A DNA stretch of 64,000 nt from Alphaproteobacteria bacterium (lineage in GTDB: Bacteria > Pseudomonadota > Alphaproteobacteria > GCA-2731375). The stretch is from positions 1 through 64,000 of the forward strand of contig CBDDBZ010000018.1 in NCBI GenBank assembly GCA_965225945.1. The letters run 5' to 3'. Below, piece after piece: positions 1-11,753 of this stretch; position 1 is the stretch's first letter; each line of letters starts with the position of its first letter. The notes under the pieces were generated by a model. It did no database searches. It was not told the origin of the DNA and worked only from the letters and a program-made list of their open reading frames with translations. Position numbers and translations under genes: made by a program.

Positions 1-14
1 CCGGATAGGCAAGG
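1..14. mobile_element. Outer end of a second copy of the 44-bp TIR element, truncating putA
   Basis: CCGGATAGGCAAGG (1-14) is identical to the last 14 bp of the right TIR at 9393-9406. The PutA frame leaves the conserved GLTxG motif at this point (reads GHGLT-LAYP). Confidence 0.8.
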
Positions 15-2830
15 GTCAGGCCATGGCCGGTGGCGTTGACCGCGTCGACCACCGCGTCCAACTGGTCGGCCTCGAAGCGGGCGAGGTGAAGCACGGGGCC
101 GAACACCTCGCGCTCCAATTCGCCAATTCCGTCGAGACGAAAGATCGCCTGCGGCACATAGAAGCCGTCGAGGCCGCGCGGCACGTCGAGCTTGCCGAGC
201 AGCCGGCCCTCGGCTTCCAGGCGGCGGCAGTGCGCCTGGATATCGTCCCGCGCGCCGCCGTCGATCAGCGGGCCGAGATCGGTTCCGAGGTCCCAGGGAT
301 CGCCCAGGCGCAGCTCCGCCATGGCGCCGAGCAACATCTCCAGGAAGGTGTCCTCGACATCGCGTTGCAGATAGAGCATGCGCAGCGCGGAGCAGCGCTG
401 GCCGGCGCTCTGGAAGGCCGAGGTCACGATGTCGCGCACCGCCTGTTCGGGGAGCGCGGTCGAGTCGACGATCATCGCGTTTAGGCCACCGGTCTCGGCG
501 ATCAGCGGCGCCTCGGGCCGGCCATGGCGGGCGAGCGCGCGGTGGATCCGCGCCGCCGTCTCGGACGAGCCGGTGAAGGCGATCCCCGCCGTCCGGGGTT
601 CCGCGCTCAGCGCCCCGCCGATCCGCGCGCCGTCGCCCGGGAGGAGTTGCAGCGCGCCCGGCGGCACCCCCGCCTCGTGCATCAGGCGGACGGCGCGGGC
701 GGCGATCAGCGGCGTCTGCTCCGCCGGCTTGGCCAGCACCGCGTTGCCGGCGGCGAGCGCCGCCGCGATCTGTCCGGTGAAGATCGCGAGCGGGAAGTTC
801 CAGGGCGAGATACAAACCACGGTGCCGAGGGGGGCCGCCGGCTCTCGCACCGCCAGCCGCTCCGCCTCCCGGGCATAAAACCGGCAGAAGTCGACCGCCT
901 CGCGGACCTCGCCGACGGCGTCGGGAAGGGTCTTTCCCGCCTCCCGGGCGGCCAGCGCCATAAATTCCGCCGCCGCTTCCTCGTAAGCCTCGGCGATCCG
1001 CCGCAGCACCGCCGCGCGCTCGTCCGGTGGGCTCAGCCCCCAGTCCGGACCGGCGGCCTCCACCACCTCGAAGGCGCGGGCGACGTCGGCCGGGCTCGCC
1101 TCGTGGACGATTCCGACGACATCCTCGGGTCGGGCCGGATTGACCGCCTCGCGCGCCCGCCCGTGTTCTACCGCGACACCGTCGATCACCGGCGCCGCCC
1201 GCCAGCGGAACTCGGCGAAGGGCGCGCGTTCGGCGTCGAGCTCCGAGAGTGTCGTCGGATCGGCGAGATCCCAGCCCCGGGCGTTCTCGCGATGCGGTTG
1301 GAACAGGGCCGAGGGCCGGCGGATCGCGGGGTTGGCCGGCCGTGCGCGCGCCGCCTCCAGCACCTGGAAGGGGTCGCGGGCGATGCTCCGGGGCGAGACG
1401 GAGGGGTCGACGATCTGGTTGACGAAGGAGCTGTTGGCCCCGTTCTCCAGCAGGCGGCGCACGAGATAGGCCAGCAGGTCCTCGTGCGTGCCGACTGGGG
1501 CGTAGATCCGACAACGCCGGCCATGGCGCGCCATCAACTCCTCGTGCAGCGCCTCGCCCATGCCGTGCAGGCGCTGGAACTCGAAATCCTCGGCTCCCCC
1601 CGCCAGGTGCAGCACGGCGGCCGCGCTATGCGCGTTGTGGGTGGCGAACTGCGGATAGAGCCGGTCCGACATCGCCAGTAGCTTGGCGGCGCAGGCGATG
1701 TAGGAAACGTCGGTTGCCGCCTTGGCCGTGAAGACCTGAAAACCCGCCAACCCCAAGACTTGCGCCCGCTTGATCTCCGTGTCCCAGTAAGCGCCCTTGA
1801 CCAGGCGGACCATCAGCCGGCGGCGGTGCCGCGCGGCCAGCGCGCCCAGCCAGTCCAACAGCGGGGCGGCGCGGGGACCGTAGGCCTGCACCACGACGCC
1901 GAAACCGTGCCAACCGGCGAGCGCGGGATCGCCCGCCAAGGCCTCGATCACGTCGAGCGAGAGGTCGAGGCGGTCGGCCTCCTCGGCGTCGATGTTGAAG
2001 CCCATGTCGGCGCTCTTGGCCAGCACGGCCAGCGAGAGGGCGCGCGGCACCAGCTCCGCCAGCACGCGGTCGCGCTGGGCTTGCTCAAAGCGGGGATGCA
2101 GGGCCGAGAGCTTGACCGAGATGCCGGGGTTGTCGCGGACGTCGCCCGCGCGGCAGTGGCTGGCCAGCTCGGAGATCGCGTGGCTGTAGGCCAGGTGATA
2201 GCGCTTGGCATCGGCCTCGGTGCGGGCCGCCTCGCCCAGCATGTCGTAGGAATGGCGGTAGCCTTCGCCCTCGCGCTCGCCCGCCCGCGTCGCCGCCTCC
2301 TCGATCGAGCGGCCGAGGACGAAGCGACGCCCCATCTCGCGCATCGCCTGGCCGACGGCGGCGCGGATCACCGGCTCCCCCAGCCGGCGCATGGCGTCGC
2401 GCAGGAGCTCCGCCAGATCCTCGTCGTCGTCCTCGCCGAGGACGCGGCCGGTCAACAGCAAGGCCCAGGTCGAGGCGTTGACCAGCGAGGAGCTGGAGCG
2501 CCCGAGATGGCGACCCCAGTCGGCGGGGACGATCTTGTCGCTGATCAGCGCGTCGATGGTCTCGGCGTCCGGCACCCTCAAGAGCGCCTCGGCCAAGCAC
2601 ATCAGGGCCACGCCCTCCAAGCTGTCGAGGCCGTATTCGCCAAGGAAGGCCTGCATCAGGCTCGGCGTGCCGCGCGCCCGGACCGCGGTGACCAAGTCCT
2701 CCGCCTCGGCCGAGATCGCCGCCCGTGCCGCCGGGTCCAATCCCGCCGTCGCCACCAGGCCGTCGAGCGTTTGCCTCTCGCCGGCATAAAGTGCGGCACG
2801 GACGGCGGCGCGCGGCTCGCAATCGCTCAT
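15..2830 (-). pseudogene. putA: Bifunctional proline dehydrogenase / P5C dehydrogenase, C-terminally interrupted (938 codons in window)
   Basis: Manual minus-strand translation from ATG 2830 gives LMCLAEALLRVPD, SYDMLGEAA, VRLVKGAYWDTEIK, YLVRRLLENG, SAGQRCSALR, VNATGHGLT. Absent from the ORF track because it has no stop inside the window. Confidence 0.92.
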
Positions 2831-2888
2831 GGCTCTCGCCTCGCAACACCGGGGCGTCCGGCGATTATGCTCCTGAAATCTCGCCGGT

Positions 2889-3401
2889 TCACAGTCCCTC
2901 GCGGAGCGTTTTGAGCCAGCCGTCGATCCGCTCGAGATTGACGTTGAAGTCGCTCTTCCCGTAAACCGAGCGGCTGTAAATGGCGAGCGTGGATTGTGAA
3001 GATGAAACGGAGATTAACCGCACCGTAACGAGATCGGGAAAGCGGAAGCGCACTGAACGCTGAACGTAGTCGAACTGCTGGCCTTCCTCGTTTTCCGACA
3101 AGAGTTCGACACGCGGCTGGATGGCAACGACTTCGCGCCAACGTTCGCTGAGCCGCTCGATGGAGACGTCGAGCACCGGGCTGTCGGCGTGCGGATCGGC
3201 GCCGCAAAAATCAGGCGGACACATTAGGAACTGGTTCGGTTTGTCCGTGAGCCTCAACTCTATAAAGTCGATACTCTCGACATCACCGATCGTGAAGAGA
3301 GCGGTGAGCGGCCGCTCACCAAGGGGAGTAAACAGGAGTACGGCCGCCATGACGACGACAAACAAAACGCCGATCGACAGGAAACCGAGAATGGTCTTCA
3401 T
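2889..3401 (-). CDS. DUF1499 family protein
   Basis: N-terminal hydrophobic segment, PNQFLMCP, RSVRFRFPDLV and YSRSVYGKSDFNVNLERI motifs. GGAG precedes ATG 3401. Confidence 0.8.
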   Translation of the reverse strand: MKTILGFLSIGVLFVVVMAAVLLFTPLGERPLTALFTIGDVESIDFIELRLTDKPNQFLMCPPDFCGADPHADSPVLDVSIERLSERWREVVAIQPRVELLSENEEGQQFDYVQRSVRFRFPDLVTVRLISVSSSQSTLAIYSRSVYGKSDFNVNLERIDGWLKTLREGL

Positions 3402-3450
3402 CTCCGGGTCATGCTCTAAGTCTCGGAGGGACGAAAGGAGGGATGCCCCG

Positions 3451-4008
3451 ATGAACCTCGCCACCGCCTTTAGGGATCGCCGCGTCGTGGTCATGGCGGC
3501 GCTGGGGTTTGCCTCGGGCGTCGGGTGTTCCTTCGTCTACCAGGTCGAGCCGCTCTGGCGCGAGCTCTCTGTCGGCGTCAGCTTCGGTGTCGTCGTCGCC
3601 GTCTACTTGTTCCACCTGGGCCTGGCCGGCCCGTTCAGGGCCCTCGCGCTTGCCGTTCTCACCGTGCTCTCCTGGTGGGCGGCCGAGCGGGCGGCGATCG
3701 AGATCTTCGGGCGGCTGAGCGATGGCGGCGACTTCCTCTCCTGGCAGGGCCTGGTCACCGGCGTCGTGGCGGGAATTGTCGGCGCCGCGCTCCTCGTCCT
3801 CTCCATCGCCGTGCTGTTCCCGTTCTTCCGTCGCCCCAGACTCTGCTTGGCGACCATTCTGGTCGGCGGGGCGAGCGGCGCGCTGCTGGTGGCAATCGAT
3901 CTGGTCGACTCGGGCTTGGTGCTGTTTCCGCTCTGGCAGGCCGCCTTCGCCTTCTGCTTCGCCCTCGGCTTTCCCGAGATCGGGGCGGTTGAAGACGATA
4001 GCCCTTGA
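3451..4008 (+). CDS. Hypothetical multi-pass membrane protein
   Basis: AAGGAG RBS before ATG 3451, several hydrophobic helices, GC3-rich codons. Confidence 0.7.
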   Translation: MNLATAFRDRRVVVMAALGFASGVGCSFVYQVEPLWRELSVGVSFGVVVAVYLFHLGLAGPFRALALAVLTVLSWWAAERAAIEIFGRLSDGGDFLSWQGLVTGVVAGIVGAALLVLSIAVLFPFFRRPRLCLATILVGGASGALLVAIDLVDSGLVLFPLWQAAFAFCFALGFPEIGAVEDDSP

Positions 4009-4071
4009 AGCTCCGCCGCCGTCTCAAACCAAATAATTCCGTTCCATGACAAGCGCGGATAGGCGGGCACC

Positions 4072-4503
4072 TCACGACTCGGTTCGGAATTCGAACGGGT
4101 TGATCAACGCGACGCCACAGTCTTCGAAATCCTTGACGTTGCGCGTCGCGACCGCCATGCCGCCAGACCGGGCGATCGCCGCGATCTGCGCGTCGAGCGG
4201 CGTGACCGGCCGGCCAGCTCTCGAACGCCGCGCGCGGATCTCCGCATAGGCATCGGCCGCGTCCTCGTCGAACGGAAGCACGCGAGACGGGAACGCCTGA
4301 GCGTGGAAGCGTTCGAACTGCTCGTCAAGGAGCCGCCGCCGCTTGCCAGCCGGCATCGTACGGAGGCCGAGCTTGATCTCGGCAACCGTCACCGCCGTGA
4401 CATGGAGCGTCGTCGCGTCTTGCCCGTTGAGCCATGCGCGCACCGCCGGCGCCGGTGGGCTTCCCATGAATTCCGAGACGATATTGGTATCCAGCACGAT
4501 CAT
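4072..4503 (-). CDS. vapC: VapC/FitB-type PIN-domain toxin
   Basis: MIVLDTNIVSE, DAQIAAIA and ATRNVKDF PIN motifs. Overlaps the antitoxin stop by 4 bp. Confidence 0.93.
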   Translation of the reverse strand: MIVLDTNIVSEFMGSPPAPAVRAWLNGQDATTLHVTAVTVAEIKLGLRTMPAGKRRRLLDEQFERFHAQAFPSRVLPFDEDAADAYAEIRARRSRAGRPVTPLDAQIAAIARSGGMAVATRNVKDFEDCGVALINPFEFRTES

Positions 4504-4733
4504 GAGAATTTGAGGGGGTCGCCATGCTCCCGAACGGGCGGTTCGAACGCCGTCTTGCCATAGCTCGGCCCAAAGATGCGGACCGCCAAGTCACCCAAGC
4601 CCTCACGGCTCTCTACCCCCATTCTCAAAATCCGGCGGGCTTCCTCTTCCATGGAAACGCCATGCGCGGCCGCCTGGCGCTTGAGCCGCCTGATGGTTTC
4701 CTCGTCCAGTTTCCGTATGCTCAAACTCGCCAT
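4500..4733 (-). CDS. FitA-like ribbon-helix-helix antitoxin
   Basis: MASLSIRKLDEETIRRLKRQAAAHGVSMEEEARRIL, directly upstream of the PIN toxin. Confidence 0.9.
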   Translation of the reverse strand: MASLSIRKLDEETIRRLKRQAAAHGVSMEEEARRILRMGVESREGLGDLAVRIFGPSYGKTAFEPPVREHGDPLKFS

Positions 4734-4765
4734 CGCCGACTCCCGACATGAACCATCGACCACCG

Positions 4766-4823
4766 TGATGGCAACATGTACACTATGATGGCAACGCTGG
4801 CAAATAGATAATTTTGATGGCAA
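4766..4823. promoter_or_regulatory. Putative FitA-type operator: three TGATGGCAA direct repeats
   Basis: TGATGGCAA at 4766, 4786 and 4815. The first two have 8+12 bp spacing and resemble the Neisseria FitAB half-site TGATAGCA. Confidence 0.55.
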
Positions 4824-4837
4824 GCGGAGGCGACACC

Positions 4838-6343
4838 ATGACGACGATCATTCGCGGCGGCCGGCTGCTCGACATCGAGACGCACCAGGCCCCACTCGCC
4901 GATATCCTGGTCGAGGGCGACAGCTTGCGCGAGATCGGGCCCGCCGGCATGGCCGCGCCGGCCTCGGCGGTTCCCTTCGATGCCACGGACAAGCTGATGA
5001 TGCCGGGGCTGGTGAACGCGCACACCCACGGCCACGGCAATCTGGGCAAGGGCATGGGCGATCGCTGGACGCTGGAGCTGCTGCTCAACGCCGGCCCCTG
5101 GGTCAACGGCAATCGCGCGCTCGAGGACAAATACATCTCCACCCTGATCGGCGCGGTCGAAATGATCCGCAAGGGCTGTACCGCCGCTTACGACCTGACC
5201 TACGAGTTTCCGCTGCCGAGCCCGGAGGGCCTGGAGGCGATGGCGCGCGCCTATTCGGACGCCGGCATGCGCGCGGTGCTGGCACCCATGATCGCGGAGC
5301 GCACGTTCTACCAAGCCATCCCCGGGCTCCGCGATGCGCTGCCCGAAGGCTTGCGCAAGCAAGTCGACGCGTTTCGGCTCGCGCCAGGGCACGCGACGCT
5401 CGATGCCTGCGCCGCCGTTCTCCGGGATTGGCGCTTCGACCGGGAGCGGATCCGCCCGGCGCTGGCACCGACCATTCCGCACCACTGCGGGGAGGATTTT
5501 CTCATTCGGGCGCGCGATTTGGCCCGCGAGCACGGGGTCGGGTTCCATACCCATCTGCTGGAAAGCAAGGCCCAGGCGATCACCGGCGTGAAGCTCTACG
5601 GCAAGACGCTGTGCGCCTATTTGGACGATCTCGACATTCTCGGCCCCAGCTTCACCGCCGCGCACGCGGTATGGCTCGACGAGGACGACATGCGCCGGCT
5701 CGCGGACCATGGCGCTTCGGTCGCGCACAATCCGGGCAGCAACGCACGACTCGGCAACGGCCTCGCGGCGGTTCGGCGCATGCGCGAATTCGACCTCGAC
5801 GTCGGCATCGGCACCGATGGCGCGTCGTGCTCGGACAACCAAAACATGTTCGAGGCGATGCGCATGGCCTCCTTCGTCTCTCGGCTGCAAGATCCGGATT
5901 ACGAACGTTGGCTCGCAACCGAGGACGTCCTCGCCATGGCGACGGCGGGCAGCGCGCGGGCGCTCGGTTTCCACGACGAAATCGGCCAGATCCGCCCCGG
6001 ATACAAGGCCGATATCGTGTTCCTGGATCTGTCCGCCATGAACTACGTGCCGCTGAACGACCCGACGAACCAGATCGTCCACGCCGAGGACGGCACCGGG
6101 GTCGAAGCCGTGATGATCGGCGGGCGCATGGTGATGGAGGGGCGCCGGATGCTCACCATCGACGAGAACAAACTCGCCCGCGACGCCCAGGCGGCGGCCG
6201 AACGGCTGCGCGCGGCCAATGCCGATTCCAAGGCTCTGGTGGACAAGCTCGAAGCCGTGGTGGGGCGGTTTTGCGTCGGCCTGTCGCGCCAGCCCTATCA
6301 TGTCGAACGCCACGCGCCGGGCACCACGGCGGCGGCCGGCTGA
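4838..6343 (+). CDS. Metal-dependent amidohydrolase (AtzA / MTA-SAH deaminase-like)
   Basis: PGLVNAHTH, HTHLLES, AHAVWL, HNPGSN and GIGTDG motifs. GGAGG RBS. Confidence 0.88.
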   Translation: MTTIIRGGRLLDIETHQAPLADILVEGDSLREIGPAGMAAPASAVPFDATDKLMMPGLVNAHTHGHGNLGKGMGDRWTLELLLNAGPWVNGNRALEDKYISTLIGAVEMIRKGCTAAYDLTYEFPLPSPEGLEAMARAYSDAGMRAVLAPMIAERTFYQAIPGLRDALPEGLRKQVDAFRLAPGHATLDACAAVLRDWRFDRERIRPALAPTIPHHCGEDFLIRARDLAREHGVGFHTHLLESKAQAITGVKLYGKTLCAYLDDLDILGPSFTAAHAVWLDEDDMRRLADHGASVAHNPGSNARLGNGLAAVRRMREFDLDVGIGTDGASCSDNQNMFEAMRMASFVSRLQDPDYERWLATEDVLAMATAGSARALGFHDEIGQIRPGYKADIVFLDLSAMNYVPLNDPTNQIVHAEDGTGVEAVMIGGRMVMEGRRMLTIDENKLARDAQAAAERLRAANADSKALVDKLEAVVGRFCVGLSRQPYHVERHAPGTTAAAG

Positions 6344-7102
<759 letters not shown>

Positions 7103-7322
7103 TGAGTAAAGCTCGGTGCAGGTCGAAGCGGAGATATCTCCGGCGATGCCGAGCAGGGACTCGGACGGCATTGTAGCGCCTTTTAGGCGACACTTTAGCG
7201 TGGTGGAAATCCTAATCATTGAGTCGGATTTGGCAAAACGCCACGTTGCATAAAGGACCGTCACTTCATTGAAATTTATCTGAAATCGGAGGTGAACGAC
7301 ACCTATGGAATATTCCAGGAAA

Positions 7323-7630
7323 TCAGAGCTTCATTGAATTGTAGGATTCGAGTGCCGGATTATTCACAAATAGCTCTGTGAACTGGTTTTCAAGTTCCCT
7401 CAATACGTCTATGAAGTAAACGGATTGAGGATCACGTTCTTGCGTGTCGCTTCGTCTTCGCTGCGACTCAAAACGCGCAGGAGACTAACAGGCGCGGACG
7501 GGTTCTTCGCAACGATTCGTGCCAGCGCGTCGCTTTCTTCGACTAGTGCCGTCAATCGCTCAGACGATGTCGTTTCATCAGCAGCTTCCCGTCTGGCCGT
7601 GGGTTTCTTCGTTTTTCCCTTGGTCGCCAC
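7323..7630 (-). pseudogene. Frameshifted leucine-rich-variant (LRV/HEAT-like) repeat protein fragment, cargo of the cassette
   Basis: 73-aa ORF ARIVAKNPSAPVSLLRVLSRSEDEATRKNVILNPFT continues after a 1-nt shift as IDVLRELENQFTELFVNNPAL, a typical NP-repeat pattern. GC content is lower than the flanks. Confidence 0.6.
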
Positions 7631-7695
7631 CGTTCCGTCCCCCGATGTTAAGTACGTGACGTGAATTAAACTCCGGTTCGGTTTTCAGAACAATC

Positions 7696-9291
7696 GTAAC
7701 TGCCCAGGTAGCTGATTTCGATGAGGCTGCGGATTGGGTCTCTGGGGGCAGATTTTGTGGGTTTGGGGCGCTGACGGCCTAGATTTCGTTTGACATAGGG
7801 TGGTTGGTCGATTCTAAGGATTCGATGGATAGGGATGTTCTTGTCTTTTTGTCGAAAGACGAGCTGATCGATGTGGTGCTGGCCCAAGGGTCGCGGCTCG
7901 CCGAGTTCGAACTCCGGCTTGGTGAACTCGAGCGCCGGCTTGGCCTGAACAGCACGAACAGCGGCAAGCCACCGTCGAGCGATGGATTGAACAAGCCACC
8001 GGCGGGTAAAAAGAAGCGCACCAGGAGCCTCCGTAAGAAATCGGCCCGCAAGCCGGGCGGGCAAAAGGGCCACAAGGGCGAGACCCTGCGCCAAGTCGCC
8101 GATCCCGACGCCACCGTCGACCATTATCCCGAGACGTGCCAGTGGTGTGGTTCGGGATTGACGCCGGATATGGCTACCGGCCATGGGGCCCGCCAGGTTT
8201 TCGATCTACCCGAGCCCCGGCCCCTGGTGGTCACGGAGCATCGGGCGCATCGCTGCCGTTGCGGGCATTGCGGCACGTACACTCGGGCTTCTTTTCCCGT
8301 CGCCATCACCGGCCCGGTTCAATACGGCGCTCGGATCGGAGCCATGGTGGTCTACCTGTCGCACTACCAACTCCTGCCCGAGGACCGCCTGGCTGAATTG
8401 ATGAAGGATCTGTTCGGGGCGGAACTGTCTCCGGCGAGCCTCGCGCGGAGGGGCGGGAACAGCGCCGAGTCCGTCCAAGGCGTCGTCGATGTGATCCGCG
8501 AACTGGTGAAATCGGCGCCGGTCAAGCACATGGACGAGACCGGCTTGCGGATCGCCGGGCGGACCCAATGGTTGCACGTCGCCTCGACCGCGCGGTTGAC
8601 CTTCTATCGGGTCTCGGAGCGACGCGGCAGCCTGCTCGGCGGAGTCGGCGGCATCGTCGTCCATGACCACTGGAAGCCGTACTTTACGATGGAGGGCGTA
8701 CGGCACGCGCTGTGCAACGCCCATCACCTGCGCGAGTTGCAAGCCCTGATCGAGATCGAGAAGGAGGGCTGGGCACGCAAGATGTAGAGACTATTGCGCC
8801 GCGCCTGCCACGCGGTAAATCTCGCCCGGGAGCGGGGCGTGGCGCTGAAACCAGGCCTCGTCGAGCGCTTCCGAGGGTGTTACGACGCGATCACGGCCGA
8901 GGGCATCGCCTTTCACGAGGCACAACCTCCTCTTGCGCCCAGATCGAGCAAGGCCAAGCGCCGGGGAAGCAAGCCGCGCCGCACCGGGCACAACCTTCTC
9001 CGGCGCCTTCAGACACACAAGGAAGACGCGCTGCGCTTCCTCATCAATTTCGCCGTGCCGTTCACCAACAATCAGGCCGAGCAGGACGGGCGCATGATGA
9101 AGGTCAAGCAGAAAATCTCCGGCGGCTTCCGCAGCCAGAAAGGCGCCGAAGACTTTGCCACCGTCCGCGGCTTCATCTCGACCGCCAGAAAACAGGGCTG
9201 GAACATCATCCAGGCGCTCATGGAAAATCCCGAAACCCTGATCGAGCGTCTCCACGCCGCCTAAAAGGCCACCATGTACCTGGGCAGTTAC
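7696..9291 (+). mobile_element. IS66-family element (single-ORF, ISBst12-like), nested in the cassette
   Basis: 15-bp TIR GTAACTGCCCAGGTA / TACCTGGGCAGTTAC. 8-bp TSD GAACAATC at 7688-7695 and 9292-9299. Confidence 0.95.
7825..9264 (+). pseudogene. IS66 transposase (TnpC) with in-frame TAG at 8785-8787
   Basis: NSTNSGKPPSSD, GGQKGHKG, CxxC zinc motifs, MDETG, LCNAHHLREL, PFTNNQAEQDGRMMKVKQKISGGFRS. ORFs 7804-8787 and 8794-9264 are in the same frame. Confidence 0.92.
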
Positions 9292-10297
9292 GAACAATCA
9301 AGAATTAGCCGGATCGCCTCCTCAATGCGCCTGCGCCGGCCCTTGCCTGCAGTCCAAGGAGACACACTACATATAGTGGGTGTGGGTGATAACCGGATAG
9401 GCAAGGTTCGGTCAATACAAGCGCATCACCAACCAGTTCACCGGCGTGCTGACGGGCAAGGGACTGGAATTCGGCGGCAGCCTGGTGCGGACCGAGGCGA
9501 CCGGCTATGGCGCGGTCTATTTTCTGCAAAACATGCTGCGGCGGGGTGACGACGACATCGAGGGCAAGGCCTGCGTGATCTCCGGTTCGGGCAATGTCGC
9601 CGTCCACGCGGCCGAAAAGATCGACCAGTTGGGTGGCAAGGTGGTGACGCTCTCGGACGCGGGCGGCTTCATCCACGACGCCGAAGGCATCGATGCGGAG
9701 AAGCTCGCCTGGATCAAGCAACTCAAGGGCAAGCGCCGGGGACGCATCGCCGAATACGTGGACGCCTTCAAGGGCGCGTCGTTTCACGAAGGCGCGCGGC
9801 CTTGGGGCGTACCTTGCGATCTCGCGTTGCCCTGCGCGACGCAGAACGAGCTCGCCGGCGAGGATGCCACCAGGCTGGTCGAGAACGGCTGCATCGGGGT
9901 TGCCGAGGGCGCCAACATGCCGAGCGATCTCGACGCCGTCCACCATTTCAAGGCGGCGCGAATCCTGTTCGCGCCGGGCAAGGCGGCGAACGCCGGCGGG
10001 GTCGCGGTGTCGGGGCTGGAGATGAGCCAGAACGCGGCCCGGATGTCGTGGAAGGAAGACGAGCTGCAAGCCCTGCTGGTGGAGATCATGGCCGGCATTC
10101 ACGACCGCTGCGTCGAATACGGCGACACCGGAGAGGGCACCCATATCGACTATGTCCGGGGCGCCAACATCGCCGGTTTCGTCAAGGTCGCCGACGCCAT
10201 GCTGGCCTATGGCGTGGTCTGATGGGCCGAATTTGGCCCGCTCCGCCGCGTGGCGGAGCGGCAGAGGGCCGGCCTCGGGGACATCAGAGTCGGACTC

Positions 10298-11596
10298 TCA
10301 GCGCTTGCCGCCCGCCGGATAGGGAAAGACAACCTCTCGCGTCGCCATCTCGAAGGGATAGACGGTGTGGTAGCGCCCACCCTGGTATTGCACCAGGATC
10401 GCCGAGACGCCGTCGTTCTGGCCGCTCGGGTCGAAGCGGACATGGCGCCACGGCATCGCCACCTTGTCGCCGGGAATGAAGGTCTCGCGGAGGGCGCGGC
10501 GGAGCGCCGCCGGCGTCGTCTCGCCCGCCCGCTCGATCGCCATCATCAGCACGAGGGCGCCGACGAAGCTGCGGATCGGCGGATCGTGGATCGGCTTGCC
10601 GCCCGAGCGTCGGCGATAGTGCGTATCGACCTCCGCGATCAGCGGAATGCGCTCGGCCATGTCGAGGGCGAAGGGCGCGCGGGAGATGATCCCCTCGGCC
10701 AGCGGTCCCAACGCATCGAGCACCACCGGGTCCATGAACCCGCCGTTCTGCGCCAGCACGATGTCGGGCTCGAAACCGAGCTCGTCGAGCGTGCGCATCA
10801 TCAACAGCGCATCCTCGGAATAGGCGGTCGGCAGCAAGACCTCGGCGCCGCTCCCCATGACCGTCGCCAACTGCGCTAGCAGCGTCTCGGTCTCGGCCCG
10901 ATAGGCGAGCTTGGCCGCGACGGCGATATTCTTGGACTTGGCGAGCTCCGCCTGGACCCGAGCGCTCTCGATGCCGAAGGCGGAATCCTCGTGCACGATC
11001 GCCACGGCGCCCGGCGTTTCGCCCCGCCTTTCCGCGAAGTCGGCGAGGAAATCGAACATCACCTTGGAATAGTGGCCGTCATGCGGTCCGGTGCGGAAGA
11101 ACCAGCGCAGGCCCCGGCGGGTCAGGTTCGGGGCCGAGGATTCGCCGGTGAGGAAGGGAATGCCGTGGCGTTCCGCCGCCGCGCTAGCCGCCGCCGTGAC
11201 GCTCGAATGATAGGCGCCGAGGAGGGCAACCACGCCCTCCTCCCGGATCAGGCGCTCCACCTCGCGGCGGCCCCGCGCCGGCTCGCCGCCGTGATCGGCG
11301 ACGACGAGGCGGACCTTGGCGTTGCCGAGACCCTCGAGGCCGGCGTTGCGGGCGAGCGGGAGGTTGCCGTAATGCGCGCCGTTGACGACGTCCCGGGCGG
11401 CCTCGACGGCGGCCAGCGCGGCGGCGCCCGAGGCGGCCGACGCGCCGCTCAGCGGATAGACGACGCCGATCCTGACCTCTTCCGCCGCGTGGAGCGGGAA
11501 GGTGAGCGGCAAGATAGCGGCGAGGAGGATGGCAAGGGAACTCCGCCGGCCGGCGAAGTTCCGCGCTCGTGTCCTGGCGCCAGACGGCCTCGTCAC
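10298..11596 (-). CDS. ABC transporter substrate-binding protein (LivK/Peripla_BP_6 type), orphan
   Basis: Signal-like region then VRIGVVYPLSG, GAYHSSVT and WFFRTGPHD. Start uncertain (GTG 11596 chosen). Confidence 0.85.
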   Translation of the reverse strand: MTRPSGARTRARNFAGRRSSLAILLAAILPLTFPLHAAEEVRIGVVYPLSGASAASGAAALAAVEAARDVVNGAHYGNLPLARNAGLEGLGNAKVRLVVADHGGEPARGRREVERLIREEGVVALLGAYHSSVTAAASAAAERHGIPFLTGESSAPNLTRRGLRWFFRTGPHDGHYSKVMFDFLADFAERRGETPGAVAIVHEDSAFGIESARVQAELAKSKNIAVAAKLAYRAETETLLAQLATVMGSGAEVLLPTAYSEDALLMMRTLDELGFEPDIVLAQNGGFMDPVVLDALGPLAEGIISRAPFALDMAERIPLIAEVDTHYRRRSGGKPIHDPPIRSFVGALVLMMAIERAGETTPAALRRALRETFIPGDKVAMPWRHVRFDPSGQNDGVSAILVQYQGGRYHTVYPFEMATREVVFPYPAGGKR

Positions 11597-11753
11597 GGGC
11601 CTCGTTCCCTCGTTGCGGCGCGCGGCGGCGCAGGCGCCCCCACGCCCTCCGCTTAGCACGGCCGGCCCGGCGGCGAAAGTGAACCCCGCTCGCTTTCGCC
11701 ACCGGGCCGGCGAGTGCTATCAAATGGCCCCTGTTGTCGAGGAGAGCCCGCCG

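Noticed and set aside
3404-3419. AGAGCATGA(C/T)CCG motif here (minus strand) and at 17372-17384, resembling alphaproteobacterial MITE ends
   Set aside because: Too short, with no partner IR or TSD, so it cannot be supported as an element.
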